From: Candidatus Multivoradales bacterium
GTDB taxonomy: Bacteria; Acidobacteriota; Thermoanaerobaculia; Multivoradales; JAHEKO01
Reading direction: 5' to 3'
Assembly (NCBI GenBank): GCA_965223855.1
Contig: CBDCXM010000005.1
Coordinates: forward strand, 1-25,632
DNA length: 25,632 bases
The notes beneath the pieces were generated by a model. It made no database searches. It was not told where the DNA came from and saw nothing but the letters and a program-made list of their open reading frames with translations. Every line of letters starts with the position of its first letter. Position 1 is the first letter of the stretch. Of this stretch, positions 14,902-24,487 are shown piece by piece. The position numbers and the translations under genes were made by a program.

Positions 14902-16306
14902 CCTCCGCAGCCACCGCCAATACGATTCCTGTCCACAACCAGAGAATCCACTGAGTCGAGATCTGGAGGAAGAAGTTGTTCCCCAGGCCTGCGAACCAGT
15001 AGCAGACGACGACGAGAACAGCGAACTGGATCCGGAGATTTGTGTCGAGCCTGCCGTCGAGTCGAGCCTTCTTCAGCCATCCGACCAGCCGGATGGTCAT
15101 CAGGACAAGGAACGCGACGAAAACCGCCAGCCCCAGGTAGCCGAACCAGAACAGCACGTTGAGAAACTGATTCTCCGGATTGCCCTGCCCGTAAGTACCG
15201 ACGAGCTGGTAGATCGGATCGCGAGCTGAGAACACGTCCCAGGCCTGCCCCCAGAGCCGCCCTCTCCCGTAGCCGAAGTTGGAGAACTCGTGAGTGCCGA
15301 GAACGAAGCCCAGCTCGTCCTCGAACCTGAACCGCACGGTCTCCACGCTCGCCCACAGACCGAGGGCGCCGGCCAGAAGCGCTGCCACCATCTTCAACTG
15401 ACGCCGAACCACGAAGAAGAGAGCCGCCCCCAGAGCCAGAACCACCCAGGCCGACCTCGAATAAGTGAAGTAGGCGAAATAAGCGGCAAACCCGAACAGC
15501 AGGTACCCGGCTGGATGAAAGCGAACGTCGCGGGAGACGCGGAGCACCAGCAAGATGAGCATCGTAAACACGCCCAGGAACGCGAGCGTGTACACGCCTT
15601 CGTAGACACCGGAGATCCGGTTCAGGCCGTGACGAGCACTCATGTAGAAGGCCGACACGTGAGAGGTATCGACAGGACCAGCCGCCTGGTCGATGACCTC
15701 CCTCCAGGTAGTGATGTTCCAGCCCAGAGCCTGCTGCGCAGCAGTCAGAGCAAACGGCGTGATCGACGATCCGGCCAGGACCAGGGCCAGACGCCTTCGC
15801 AACTCAGCTGTCGGGAAGTAGTACTTCCCGATGAAGTAGAACGACGTTACCGAGAGGATCCTCAGATAGTTCTCGAGGGATTCCGCCCAGAATTCCGGCG
15901 ATACCGCGATCTTGCACAGCGACAGGACGAGGAAACTCCCCAGGTAGGCCATCACAAGCCTGTCTTCGGCGAGGCGGCGGCGCCCTGCGGCGATTCGGGG
16001 TAGCCCGAGCAGCGCCAGCACCGGGATCGCAACACCGGCCACGAAAAGGGGTGAGAGCAGCCCCTGCGCCTTCGTCCACCAGAACATGTCGATGACAGGC
16101 TTGAGACCCAGCGACGCCATCAGAGTCATGCGTGGGTAGCGGAGGAAGGCGAGACACAGCACGCCGACGAGTCCATAGCCGACCGTCGCGGTCCCCGCCT
16201 TCAGGTAGACGCCCGAGGTGACGATCGCGACGCCCAACAGCGCCGCCACCAGGAACGCCGGCAGGACGGAGCCGAGCTTGGACGGACTCTTGTGGAGCAA
16301 TTCCAT
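14813..16306 (-). CDS. wzy: Wzy polymerase / O-antigen ligase family membrane protein
   Basis: 497 aa with roughly 11-12 hydrophobic segments. Motifs RISGVY, TYSRSAW, GRGRLW and PENQFL (HN-like position). Adjacent to the flippase. Confidence 0.8.
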   Translation of the reverse strand: MELLHKSPSKLGSVLPAFLVAALLGVAIVTSGVYLKAGTATVGYGLVGVLCLAFLRYPRMTLMASLGLKPVIDMFWWTKAQGLLSPLFVAGVAIPVLALLGLPRIAAGRRRLAEDRLVMAYLGSFLVLSLCKIAVSPEFWAESLENYLRILSVTSFYFIGKYYFPTAELRRRLALVLAGSSITPFALTAAQQALGWNITTWREVIDQAAGPVDTSHVSAFYMSARHGLNRISGVYEGVYTLAFLGVFTMLILLVLRVSRDVRFHPAGYLLFGFAAYFAYFTYSRSAWVVLALGAALFFVVRRQLKMVAALLAGALGLWASVETVRFRFEDELGFVLGTHEFSNFGYGRGRLWGQAWDVFSARDPIYQLVGTYGQGNPENQFLNVLFWFGYLGLAVFVAFLVLMTIRLVGWLKKARLDGRLDTNLRIQFAVLVVVCYWFAGLGNNFFLQISTQWILWLWTGIVLAVAAEERAEARAARYHGGEVAGHIRPLRLRDSGR

Positions 16307-16369
16307 GTCGGCCTGTTCGATCCTCGGACCCAGCAGCCACGCGCCGGTCTCCGGATGCGACGGAGGCTA

Positions 16370-17716
16370 CTACAGCACTGGCTTCGCGTCCGCTCGCTCA
16401 CCCTCGTCGCCGCTCGGGATTGCGCGAAGCCCGGCTCGAGCGAGGATTCCTTGATTGAGAAGGACGCTTATCAGCATCGCCACGGCCACTCCCTCCCCAC
16501 CGAACGGGCCGGCCAGTAGAGCAGCGAGACCCAGCCCGACGGTGCTGGAGACGACGCTCGCCACCAGTCTGATCCGAATCAGTCCGAGGCTCAGAACCAG
16601 AGGGAGCACCCAGAAACACAGCAGAGGGACCATGCATCGCAGCATCATGACGAGCACGATCCACCCCGGATCGCGGAAATCGCCCCCCCAGATGGACAGT
16701 ATCCAGTCGTCGAACACGGCAAAGAAAAGGAGCACCGCCAGCACCGGCAGCCAGGCGACCTTGTAGACCGACCCCAGAAGCGACCTGAATGTCGAGTACT
16801 GCCTGCCCGACAGGAGAGAGGCGACCTGCGGGAAGGCAGCGGTGGTGATCGTGTCCTTGAGCATCAGGAAGACGTTCGACAACTTGCGTGCGATGTCGTA
16901 CACGGCCACGACAGGCGGCGCTGCAAAGGCCGCCAGAATCAACACGTCCATGTTCTTGGTCGAACGCTCCAGGGCGCCGGCTACAGAATTGCCGAAGGTG
17001 AAGCGGAACAGTTCGCGGTACCTGGGCTTCAGGCGCGAGACTTTCGCGCGGGTCCAGCCCACCAATAGAGAACGGATCTCGAAGACCGCGGCGAGGTTGC
17101 TCACGAGTGGACCGATCACCAGGGTCGTGGAAACAGCCAGCAGGATCGCTGTCAGATTCTGCGGCCACAGAAAGGCTGCCGACGCGACGATCGTCAGATT
17201 GACGGTGGCGATCACGCCATCGACGATGGCGTTGACTCGAAACCGGTTGTGCAGCACGAGCAGGCTCTTGCCGACCAGATCGAAGAGAGTGAGGCCGCTG
17301 GCGAGACTGAACGCGATCACCAACGGGTAGACCCCATGCTCCTTCCCCAGCAGGCCCTGCAGCGGCAGGCTCGCCAGCACCACCACCAGCCCGAAGCAGA
17401 GGAAGAGGACAAGGGTTGCCAGGTAGGCGAGCTTGACCAGGGCGTAGAGCTTCTCCCGTTCGCCACCTTCCCGATACTCCGTTCCGAACTTGATCAGCGC
17501 CGCTCCCATCTGGACGTTGAAAAGCCCCAGGAACGGAGCAGGGAAGGCACTGATCACGGCATAGGCAGCATAGGAGTCCGCCCCAAGAGACCTCGCGATG
17601 ACGATCGAGCGCAGCAGCACCTCACCGGTTCGCAGCGAGCGGGCCACGGACATCCAGGAAGCGTTGCGCAGCAGGAGGGCACGTTCCTGACGCAGCGATG
17701 GCTCCTGCTCCGTCAC
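16370..17716 (-). CDS. wzx: Oligosaccharide flippase (Wzx, MOP superfamily)
   Basis: 448 aa, polytopic. Motifs LLRNASW, IARSLGADSYA.Y, D.LIL..F....V..Y..A.K and P.GG.G.A.A. GTGA overlap with the upstream GT. Confidence 0.88.
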   Translation of the reverse strand: MTEQEPSLRQERALLLRNASWMSVARSLRTGEVLLRSIVIARSLGADSYAAYAVISAFPAPFLGLFNVQMGAALIKFGTEYREGGEREKLYALVKLAYLATLVLFLCFGLVVVLASLPLQGLLGKEHGVYPLVIAFSLASGLTLFDLVGKSLLVLHNRFRVNAIVDGVIATVNLTIVASAAFLWPQNLTAILLAVSTTLVIGPLVSNLAAVFEIRSLLVGWTRAKVSRLKPRYRELFRFTFGNSVAGALERSTKNMDVLILAAFAAPPVVAVYDIARKLSNVFLMLKDTITTAAFPQVASLLSGRQYSTFRSLLGSVYKVAWLPVLAVLLFFAVFDDWILSIWGGDFRDPGWIVLVMMLRCMVPLLCFWVLPLVLSLGLIRIRLVASVVSSTVGLGLAALLAGPFGGEGVAVAMLISVLLNQGILARAGLRAIPSGDEGERADAKPVL

Positions 17717-18960
17717 CGGCGTCGCCTGGAAGTCGCCCTCGGCTCAAGACCGTCGATGAAGCGCCAGATCCCCTCCACCCTCCGCTTCCAGGTGTAACGC
17801 TTCGCGTCCGCTGCTGCCCGACAAGCGAGCCGCCCGGCCAGTTCGTCGTTCTTGAGGACACACTCCAAAGCCGCAGCCAGGGCGGAGGGATTCTCGGGCT
17901 CGACCAGCATGGCGTTGCTTCCATGCTGCACAATCTCCTTGAGAATCGGGTAGTCCGAAGCGACGATCGGACGCTCCGCTTGAAGATAATCGAAGAGCTT
18001 CGACGGCGTGATGTATTCGATGATGCTACGAGTAGTGGTCAGATAGAGGACGAGAGCGGATGCTGCCTTCTGGTACAGAGCCACTCTCGAGGGAGCGACG
18101 AATCCCTCGAATCGAACGTTGTCCAGCCCTCGTCGCGACAACTCCTCTCCCAGCTGGTCGAGGATCTTTGGGTTGCCGCCAACGAAGAGCACGACCGCGT
18201 CCGGCGCCTTCTCTCGCAGGATCGCCGCCGCGTCGATGATGCGCCGGACCTCCTCGGGGACCAGCTTCCCCGTATAGACCAAGTAGCGCTTGTCCTCGGG
18301 AAGCCCGAGCTCGCGGCACGCCGAGGCTCGGTCGAGAGAACAGGGGGCCACGTTCGCCGCCAGATAGGCCACATGGAGCCTCTCCTCGGGGATCCCGAGT
18401 CGCTCCATCATGTCCTGGCGGAGTCGTTGCGAACTCACGACGATACCGTCCGCCCGCTGCGCCAGCCGCACCGCCGAGGGGCTCTTCGGCAACACATGCG
18501 TCTCCAGAACGAAGCGTGCCCCTCGCCGCGCTCGCAGCCTGCTCGCGAACACCAGATAGGGAGAGAGGCCGGCGAAACTACGCGCGTAGTACACGTCTCC
18601 GGATTCGCCGGCGATGGCGGGCGCCAGCAGTCGCGAGGTCGCATGAAGCGAGTACGCCGCCAACGTACACAGCCGGTTCCACACGAGCGACGGCTGTGAG
18701 CCGCGGGGAGTGGGCAGAATCCTCACCGAGAAGTTTCTTCGCTCCACTCCGAAGTGATCGAAGATCTCTCGTCGGCGCACGTTCTCACGCCGGTATGCAT
18801 AGAGACTGAGCAGCTCCACCCGCAACCCCATCGCCGCGAAGTGCTCGCACATCCTCATCCAGATGATGGGCTCGACTCGCCCTTTGAGCACATCGCCCGG
18901 AGCGAGGAAGAAGAGTCGGCCCCGCTTTCTGGAGGCCGTCGGGTCAACGAGTGCGCTCAT
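17713..18960 (-). CDS. Glycosyltransferase family 4 (GT-B)
   Basis: Start trimmed to ATG 18960 (ATGA overlap). Motifs LETH, VYTGKL, LFVGG, FEGFVAP and PSKLFDYLQAERPIVASD. Confidence 0.88.
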   Translation of the reverse strand: MSALVDPTASRKRGRLFFLAPGDVLKGRVEPIIWMRMCEHFAAMGLRVELLSLYAYRRENVRRREIFDHFGVERRNFSVRILPTPRGSQPSLVWNRLCTLAAYSLHATSRLLAPAIAGESGDVYYARSFAGLSPYLVFASRLRARRGARFVLETHVLPKSPSAVRLAQRADGIVVSSQRLRQDMMERLGIPEERLHVAYLAANVAPCSLDRASACRELGLPEDKRYLVYTGKLVPEEVRRIIDAAAILREKAPDAVVLFVGGNPKILDQLGEELSRRGLDNVRFEGFVAPSRVALYQKAASALVLYLTTTRSIIEYITPSKLFDYLQAERPIVASDYPILKEIVQHGSNAMLVEPENPSALAAALECVLKNDELAGRLACRAAADAKRYTWKRRVEGIWRFIDGLEPRATSRRRR

Positions 18961-19916
18961 CGAGCCCACACCTGCATGTCCCGCTCGGAGAAGACCCTCT
19001 TCACGGCTCGCTTCGCCCAACCCGCCGCCGACCCGCTGGAACGGCGCTTCGCTCCCGGGGACGAGCTGACCGGCGCTTCCGAAGCCCTAGGGCGAAGGTC
19101 TCTGACGTCTCGGCCCCGGCCGCCGGGCCCCAATGCAGCCCGCAGGTGTCGGACGGGGTCGAAGAAGGTGTTCTCGATAGCGACCGCGCCGAAGCCCACC
19201 CGACCAAGAAGCCGCCGGATCGTTCGGTGTGAGAAATGCCACCGATGGTAGGGGAGATCCCACCCGCTCCAGGCACGGCCATGCCAGTACCGGTCGAGGC
19301 TTCCCAGATTCGGCACGACTGCCCAGAGAACGCCCTCGGGCTCGAGGGCCTGCCGGACTGCCTTCAGGGCGGTCGCCGGGTCCTGCAAGTGCTCTATGAC
19401 GCTCAGCATCATGGCGGCGTCGAACGAGCCGACCCCAAGAGAGCCCAGCGCTTCCGCCTCTCCCACGGCAACGTCTAGACCGAAGAGTCGCGAGGCGGTC
19501 TGAGCCGCATGAGGAGAGATGTCGACCCCGGCTACCTCCCAACCATCCATGCGAGCTGCCGCCAGGAGGAAGCCGTAACCACAGCCGATCTCGAGGAGCC
19601 GGCCCTTCCTGCCGAGCCGGGCTTCCAGACGGCGGATAGCCGGAAGGAGGCTACGCGCACGTGCCTCGGCCTCCTCCCGGCTCGGCATGCCTTTCTGTAT
19701 CCGCTGCTGAAAGTAGTCCGGGTCCGAGTAGAGATCCGAAACTTCCGAAGCGCCATCGTCGCCAACGAGGCGAACGAGATCGCACTCTGTGCATCGATCG
19801 AGGAGCCACTCGCCGATCGTCCGATACGGGGCACGCCGCCGGCCGCCGCACACGGGGCACGAGGGAAACGCGGCTTCAGGGCCGGCCGTCACCCTCGCGG
19901 TGTCGTCCGTCGTCAT
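18957..19916 (-). CDS. Class I SAM-dependent methyltransferase with an N-terminal CxxC...CxxC putative zinc site
   Basis: Start trimmed to ATG 19916 (ATGA overlap, GGGGAGG upstream). Motifs CPVCG...RCTEC, LLEIGCGYG, GVDIS, VIEHL.DP, VPN and W...D.PYH.WHF. Confidence 0.9.
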   Translation of the reverse strand: MTTDDTARVTAGPEAAFPSCPVCGGRRRAPYRTIGEWLLDRCTECDLVRLVGDDGASEVSDLYSDPDYFQQRIQKGMPSREEAEARARSLLPAIRRLEARLGRKGRLLEIGCGYGFLLAAARMDGWEVAGVDISPHAAQTASRLFGLDVAVGEAEALGSLGVGSFDAAMMLSVIEHLQDPATALKAVRQALEPEGVLWAVVPNLGSLDRYWHGRAWSGWDLPYHRWHFSHRTIRRLLGRVGFGAVAIENTFFDPVRHLRAALGPGGRGRDVRDLRPRASEAPVSSSPGAKRRSSGSAAGWAKRAVKRVFSERDMQVWAR

Positions 19917-21016
19917 ACCTCCCCCATCGCCCGATCGAGGACCTGCGTAAACCTTCTCTCCGCCACGGCCCTCGAGAACCGCGACTCGACTGTCGCTCTC
20001 GCATTTGCTCCCATCCGGCGGCGAAGGTCCGCGCTGGCGATGAGGTTCTCTAGTTTCTCTACCCAATCACCGTCGGAAAGGGCGTGGAAGCCGTTCACCC
20101 CGTCCTCGACGATCTGCTCGTTGACACCGATTGCCGACACTACGGCCGGGATGCCGAGGCCCATGTAGTAGAGCGCTTTGTTCCCCGACTTGCCTTGGGC
20201 CCAAGCGTCGTCACTCAAGGGCATGATCCCGATGTCGAACTCCAGCAAATCCTCGAGCTCGCGCTCGGGCACCCATGGAATCCAGCTGACCTCCAGCGAG
20301 TCGTCGCGATACTCCCGCGACGAGATCACGGCAAGACGAAGCCTGGCGCCGAGTCTCTCCGAAAGACGGATGAGCGCCTCTCGAACCACACCCAGGTACC
20401 ACTGATTGTCGGGAGATCCGTACCAGCCGACCGTTACCTGCTCCCGCTCATCGTGCACCTTCAGCGGAAAGTTGGCGACATCGACGGCCGTCGGTACAAC
20501 CGCCACGTCTCGGCAATGATAGCGGGCGAACTCTGCCAGCACGTCGTTGCCGGCAGATACTGCTGTGGAGCTGCGAAGCGCCCGCGTCAGATCGCGTGCG
20601 CGGCTGCTGTAGTCGGCCCGCCCTCGCAAGAGCAGACGCAAGCAGCGGCGCAGCCACTCGCGGGCCGTGCCGGCCTCTCCTGAATACACCGAAGACGGCA
20701 CTGCGTAGATCGCATCGTCGTAGTCGAAGACGATGGGCTTGCGGAGGGCCAGAAGGCGAGCCAGCCGAGGCTTGTCGAAAAGGACTCTATGGAGAACGAC
20801 TCCGTCGACCCTCGCTGCAGCCGTCTCTATCTGCTCGAAGGCGGCCTGCAGGCAGGTCTCGCCCTCCTGTGTCGGCCAGGCGATCGTAGCCTCTACCTCG
20901 TACCCGAAGGTCGCTCGTCCTCTCAGCCAGGCCAACCGGCACACGAAACTGGACTTTGCGGTGGAATGGGCGGAAACAATTAGGAGGCGAGGCCTGGTGT
21001 TCACGTCTCGCAACAT
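19913..21016 (-). CDS. Glycosyltransferase family 4 (GT-B)
   Basis: 367 aa. Motifs VFDYDDAIY, AGN..LA, VPTAVD, VGWYGS and FDIGIMPL.DD.W..GKSG.K.L.YM..GIP.V.S.IGVN. Confidence 0.92.
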   Translation of the reverse strand: MLRDVNTRPRLLIVSAHSTAKSSFVCRLAWLRGRATFGYEVEATIAWPTQEGETCLQAAFEQIETAAARVDGVVLHRVLFDKPRLARLLALRKPIVFDYDDAIYAVPSSVYSGEAGTAREWLRRCLRLLLRGRADYSSRARDLTRALRSSTAVSAGNDVLAEFARYHCRDVAVVPTAVDVANFPLKVHDEREQVTVGWYGSPDNQWYLGVVREALIRLSERLGARLRLAVISSREYRDDSLEVSWIPWVPERELEDLLEFDIGIMPLSDDAWAQGKSGNKALYYMGLGIPAVVSAIGVNEQIVEDGVNGFHALSDGDWVEKLENLIASADLRRRMGANARATVESRFSRAVAERRFTQVLDRAMGEV

Positions 21017-21070
21017 CTATCTGCCGCCGTCTGCCCTGGTCTGGTCTGGAGGGGAGCCGTCGTCGGCGAC

Positions 21071-22369
21071 TCAGCCCCAGGGTGAGCTTCCTCCGCCTGC
21101 GAGCGTGAGGGAGGTCGTGAAGCGGCGAACTTCTCTCGAGAAGTCCGGAATGTTGGAGGTGTACTCCGAGACCGACGAGCCGATGGCAAGCTGAGTTCGC
21201 CCTAGCCTGAAGCTCAAGGACACCCCTGAAGCCGCTACGTCATCCGTCCGCTCCTGACCGCCTGAAGGGAGGAGCTGGTACTCGTTGGTCCCCTCCTCGA
21301 CGAACCCTCGGAAGCCTACTCTCGAGTTGAGCGACACACGAAGGCCAACTCCCGCCCGGGAGTCCAGAAAGTAGGCGTAGTCCGGATTGATGGAGTAGAC
21401 CAGATTACGATCGCCGAAGAGCTCGACCTCGACGGGAGCCCTCATCCGGAACGTCGCTACCGCACGACCCGTCGTTTCGTCGAAGGCGGCGAAGGCCGTC
21501 CCCCTATCCGCCGTCAGGTCGAGTTGCGCGAGGTCCGCCGCAAGGAAGAGGCGCTCGCGATCGACACTCAGGCTGACGAACGGCCCGCTCCCTGAATTCG
21601 AAGGATCCGTGCCCGCGCCCGCGTCGTCGAAACGGGTCTCGTAGGACTGGGCGCCTGCTCCGATCGTAACCGCGTCCGTGAAGCTGTAGCGAAGCCCAGC
21701 CCGAGTCAGCGTCTCCTCCCGATCCAGCAACGACACGGCTGGCAGCTGCTGCCCCTCTTCACTCTCGAAGCTCCACATCCGGACCTCGGCCTCTGCGAAC
21801 AAGGCGGCACCACGACCGAGGTCGACTTCCAGGGCGAGCCTCGACAGCTCCTCACTGGTATTCACTTGCTCCTCCACCTCCCGGCTGAAGAGCTGCGAGT
21901 CCTCGAGCAGCTGCCCCGACAGTTCCAGGCCGATGCGGCCGAAGTTGCCGAACAGCCCGGCGCCATATCGGCCGTTGAACCGTCGCCGCTCCGTCAGGTC
22001 CTGCCACCAGACATACTCGGGCAACGCATGAAGGGCAAGAGTCAGGTCGCCACCGATGGGCCGGTAGGCTCTCAGACCCGCTCCGACCGTCACCGTCAGG
22101 TCCGAGAAGGGCTCTTCACCGGCCGAAGAGCCCAGATTGTCCTGATGAGCGATGTTCCGAACACCCACCCACGGATCGGCAAACCACCGACCATACCGCC
22201 AAGCAGCCTGCTCCATGGCTGCCTCCAGCTGTTGCTCGATCGGCTCGCTGCGGGGCTCGAACTGGCCCGGCGCCACGTATTGAGAGAACTGGCCGAAGGC
22301 CGGCTCCTGCAGGCAGAGCAGTAGGGCGGAGGCGCAGCCGAGCCGCAGAAGGCGAGCTAGAAAAGCCAT
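21071..22369 (-). CDS. Outer-membrane beta-barrel protein associated with polysaccharide export
   Basis: 432 aa. Signal peptide ending AFG/Q, then alternating amphipathic beta-strands with aromatic residues throughout. Overlaps the OPX gene by 13 nt. Confidence 0.75.
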   Translation of the reverse strand: MAFLARLLRLGCASALLLCLQEPAFGQFSQYVAPGQFEPRSEPIEQQLEAAMEQAAWRYGRWFADPWVGVRNIAHQDNLGSSAGEEPFSDLTVTVGAGLRAYRPIGGDLTLALHALPEYVWWQDLTERRRFNGRYGAGLFGNFGRIGLELSGQLLEDSQLFSREVEEQVNTSEELSRLALEVDLGRGAALFAEAEVRMWSFESEEGQQLPAVSLLDREETLTRAGLRYSFTDAVTIGAGAQSYETRFDDAGAGTDPSNSGSGPFVSLSVDRERLFLAADLAQLDLTADRGTAFAAFDETTGRAVATFRMRAPVEVELFGDRNLVYSINPDYAYFLDSRAGVGLRVSLNSRVGFRGFVEEGTNEYQLLPSGGQERTDDVAASGVSLSFRLGRTQLAIGSSVSEYTSNIPDFSREVRRFTTSLTLAGGGSSPWG

Positions 22370-23367
22370 TCGCGGACCACCACCGTGTCATTGCCTTCCA
22401 GGGAGAAGTCGTCCTCCTTGCCGTTCTGAATCGCCCGAACGTTGAGTTCCCACCGCTGCTGGGTACCGTCGTCGAGCCTCCGGCTGACGGAGACTTTCTT
22501 CAGATTGGCTCTCTCGGTCGGCCCCCCGGCTGCGGTGATCGCCTGGAGGACCGTTATCCCGTCTCCGCTCGAGAACTCGATCGCGCCGGGGCTGGCAACC
22601 GCGCCAGTCACGTAGACCCGCTGCAGACGAGCCTGCGGGACCATGACCAGATCTCCGGGTTCCAGGAAGATATTCAAAGAGCGATCTCGGCCCTCCACCA
22701 GTGCATCGATGTTCACTTCGAACCTGTGCTGGCCGCCGGCCGCCGGTTGCCGCAGAACATAGAGTTCCTTCCCCCGCCCTGGCCCGAAGCCGCCGGCTTC
22801 GCCGATGAGCTCGAGAAGGGACCGATTCCCTACGACCTGGTAGACCCCCGGCTCGTTGACGGCTCCCTGAACGCTCACCCCCCGACTCGTGAACTCCTCG
22901 ACGAAAACTGAGACCTGGGGATCGTTGACGAGCCGGCGCTCCGCCAGCAGGTTGGCGACCCTCTCCTCCGCCGCACTCAGGGTCAGGTTCTGAACAGGGA
23001 TCTTTCCGAGCAACGGCATCGAGATCGTCCCGTCCTCCTGAACCCTCACCCTCCGGTCAAGCTCTTCGAGCCCGAAGACCTCAATCTCCAGGACATCGCC
23101 AACTCCGAGTCGCGCCTCGCCTCCGATCGCGGGCGCAGGAGCAGGCCCGTCCGCTACGGGTCGGGCCGGCTGCATCGGCGAACTCTGTGTCGCGGAGACT
23201 TCAAGAGTGCCTTCCCCGGTTCTGCTGTCGGGCGAAGCACCCCCGACCGCAGTATCTGGCGGCGCCGGTGCGCCGCAACCAGCCGCCAACAGCACGCATG
23301 AAGCCGCCGTCAGCTTGACGAGCTGTCTCAACGACCGCCTTCCACCTGGAAAGAAGCGAATCCTCAT
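22357..23367 (-). CDS. wza: Polysaccharide export (OPX/Wza family) lipoprotein with Poly_export and two SLBB domains
   Basis: Start trimmed to ATG 23367, which has AGGAG upstream. Lipobox LAAGC. PES motif LGVGDVLEIEVF...V..DGTISMPLLG, then VQGAVNEPG and VTGAVASPG SLBB repeats. Confidence 0.92.
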   Translation of the reverse strand: MRIRFFPGGRRSLRQLVKLTAASCVLLAAGCGAPAPPDTAVGGASPDSRTGEGTLEVSATQSSPMQPARPVADGPAPAPAIGGEARLGVGDVLEIEVFGLEELDRRVRVQEDGTISMPLLGKIPVQNLTLSAAEERVANLLAERRLVNDPQVSVFVEEFTSRGVSVQGAVNEPGVYQVVGNRSLLELIGEAGGFGPGRGKELYVLRQPAAGGQHRFEVNIDALVEGRDRSLNIFLEPGDLVMVPQARLQRVYVTGAVASPGAIEFSSGDGITVLQAITAAGGPTERANLKKVSVSRRLDDGTQQRWELNVRAIQNGKEDDFSLEGNDTVVVREWLF

Positions 23368-23459
23368 TGTGACTCCTGCCGATCTGTGTCCTGGAATAGC
23401 GTCGAAACCGACGTCTCCGGCTCGACCGAGGCCGGACCGCCTGGCCGGAGATTGTTCCA

Positions 23460-23502
23460 CAAACCAAGCGCCGTCTTGGGGCCCCTTCGGCGCCGCGAAG
23501 GG
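23460..23502 (-). terminator. Tandem hairpins after the FGE-fold gene, possible weak terminator
   Basis: Minus strand CCCTTCG-CGGCGC-CGAAGGG, then CCAAG-ACGGCG-CTTGG followed by TTTG. Starts 4 nt after the stop at 23507. The U-tract is short. Confidence 0.4.
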
Positions 23503-23506
23503 ACGG

Positions 23507-24487
23507 TCAGCTCCCCGGGCGCTCAGAACGCGCGCAGCGGAACCCGACGGACTCTCGCTCCAATTTAGGGGCCATGAATCGGCGACGCTCAGGCCGGAAA
23601 CTCTTCTCGCTCAAGTCCCCTCGAAGCACTCGATAGCCTCGGCCGTACTCGTCCTCAGGAGTCCGGTTGCCGGGGTAGGGCTCGTAGCTCGAGGCCGTCC
23701 ATTCGAAGAAGGTCGCGGGCTCGATCACCCGTTGGCGCATCGCGGTCTCCCATTCCTGCTCGGTCGGCAAGCGCTTGCCGAGGGACGCGCAATGGCGCTG
23801 GGCGTCTTCGAAGTTCCTCCCTCCGCTGTGCTCTGCTGCCGCCCTTCGGTCGATCCAGAATGCTTCCAGCTTCACCCGGTGGCGAGGCTGCTCGTTGAAG
23901 AACCGCGCATCCCCTTCGTCCGCGCCGATCCAGTATCGACCTTCTGGAACGCGACTCATCTCGGGCTCGGCTGGCACCGAAGCGGTCTCGTTCGGTTCGG
24001 GGGTCACGCTCGTCGATCCAGGCGGCGCCGGCGCGGCGGCCCCCTCGGTGGAATCGGATCGAAGCCCGAGCGCCTCTCGGACTGCGGGATCTTCGCTCTC
24101 GACGAGGCCGTCGAGGAGTTCGGCAACGATCGCATCCGCCTTGGCTCCTGGGAGGTGCCGGCGAGCGGCAGCGATCACGTTCCTGTCCTGAATCCTCTCC
24201 GCAGGGATCTCGAAGTCCACCCGCGATCCGATCGGGACGTCCACGCGCGGTTCCGAGAGCAACCGGGAGGAGTCCGCCTCCACATCGCCTAAGGTCACCG
24301 GCCCGACCGGAATACGGAACACGCTCTCTGCCACTCGCAGTTCGTAGTAGCTCTCACCCCTGTCACCTGGAAGGAGGCCATCGACGATACCTCGATCAAT
24401 CTCCGGCGATCCGGCATCCATGGCAACCACCACCGCGACCACCGAAAGAGCAACACCGCCAGCCATCAGCCGTCCCCGTCTTCCCAT
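23507..24487 (-). CDS. Exported protein with a compact C-terminal FGE-sulfatase (SUMF1/EgtB/PvdO) domain
   Basis: N-terminal signal or anchor and a Pro/Ala/Glu linker. Then VPEGRYWIG, EQPRHRV.L.AFWID, A..HC...GKRLPTEQEWE, FEWT, RVLRG and VGFRCAR. An alternative start is ATG 24466 (TGATG overlap). Confidence 0.82.
   Translation of the reverse strand: MGRRGRLMAGGVALSVVAVVVAMDAGSPEIDRGIVDGLLPGDRGESYYELRVAESVFRIPVGPVTLGDVEADSSRLLSEPRVDVPIGSRVDFEIPAERIQDRNVIAAARRHLPGAKADAIVAELLDGLVESEDPAVREALGLRSDSTEGAAAPAPPGSTSVTPEPNETASVPAEPEMSRVPEGRYWIGADEGDARFFNEQPRHRVKLEAFWIDRRAAAEHSGGRNFEDAQRHCASLGKRLPTEQEWETAMRQRVIEPATFFEWTASSYEPYPGNRTPEDEYGRGYRVLRGDLSEKSFRPERRRFMAPKLERESVGFRCARSERPGS

Noticed and set aside
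21017-21070. ops/JUMPstart-like GGCGGCAG and a CCAGA tandem in the intergenic gap
   Set aside because: One mismatch to GGCGGTAG in GC-rich DNA is expected by chance, and it lies mid-operon rather than in a leader.
23507-23700. FGE/C-type-lectin C-terminus as a diversity-generating retroelement target
   Set aside because: No template repeat or reverse transcriptase seen in the window.
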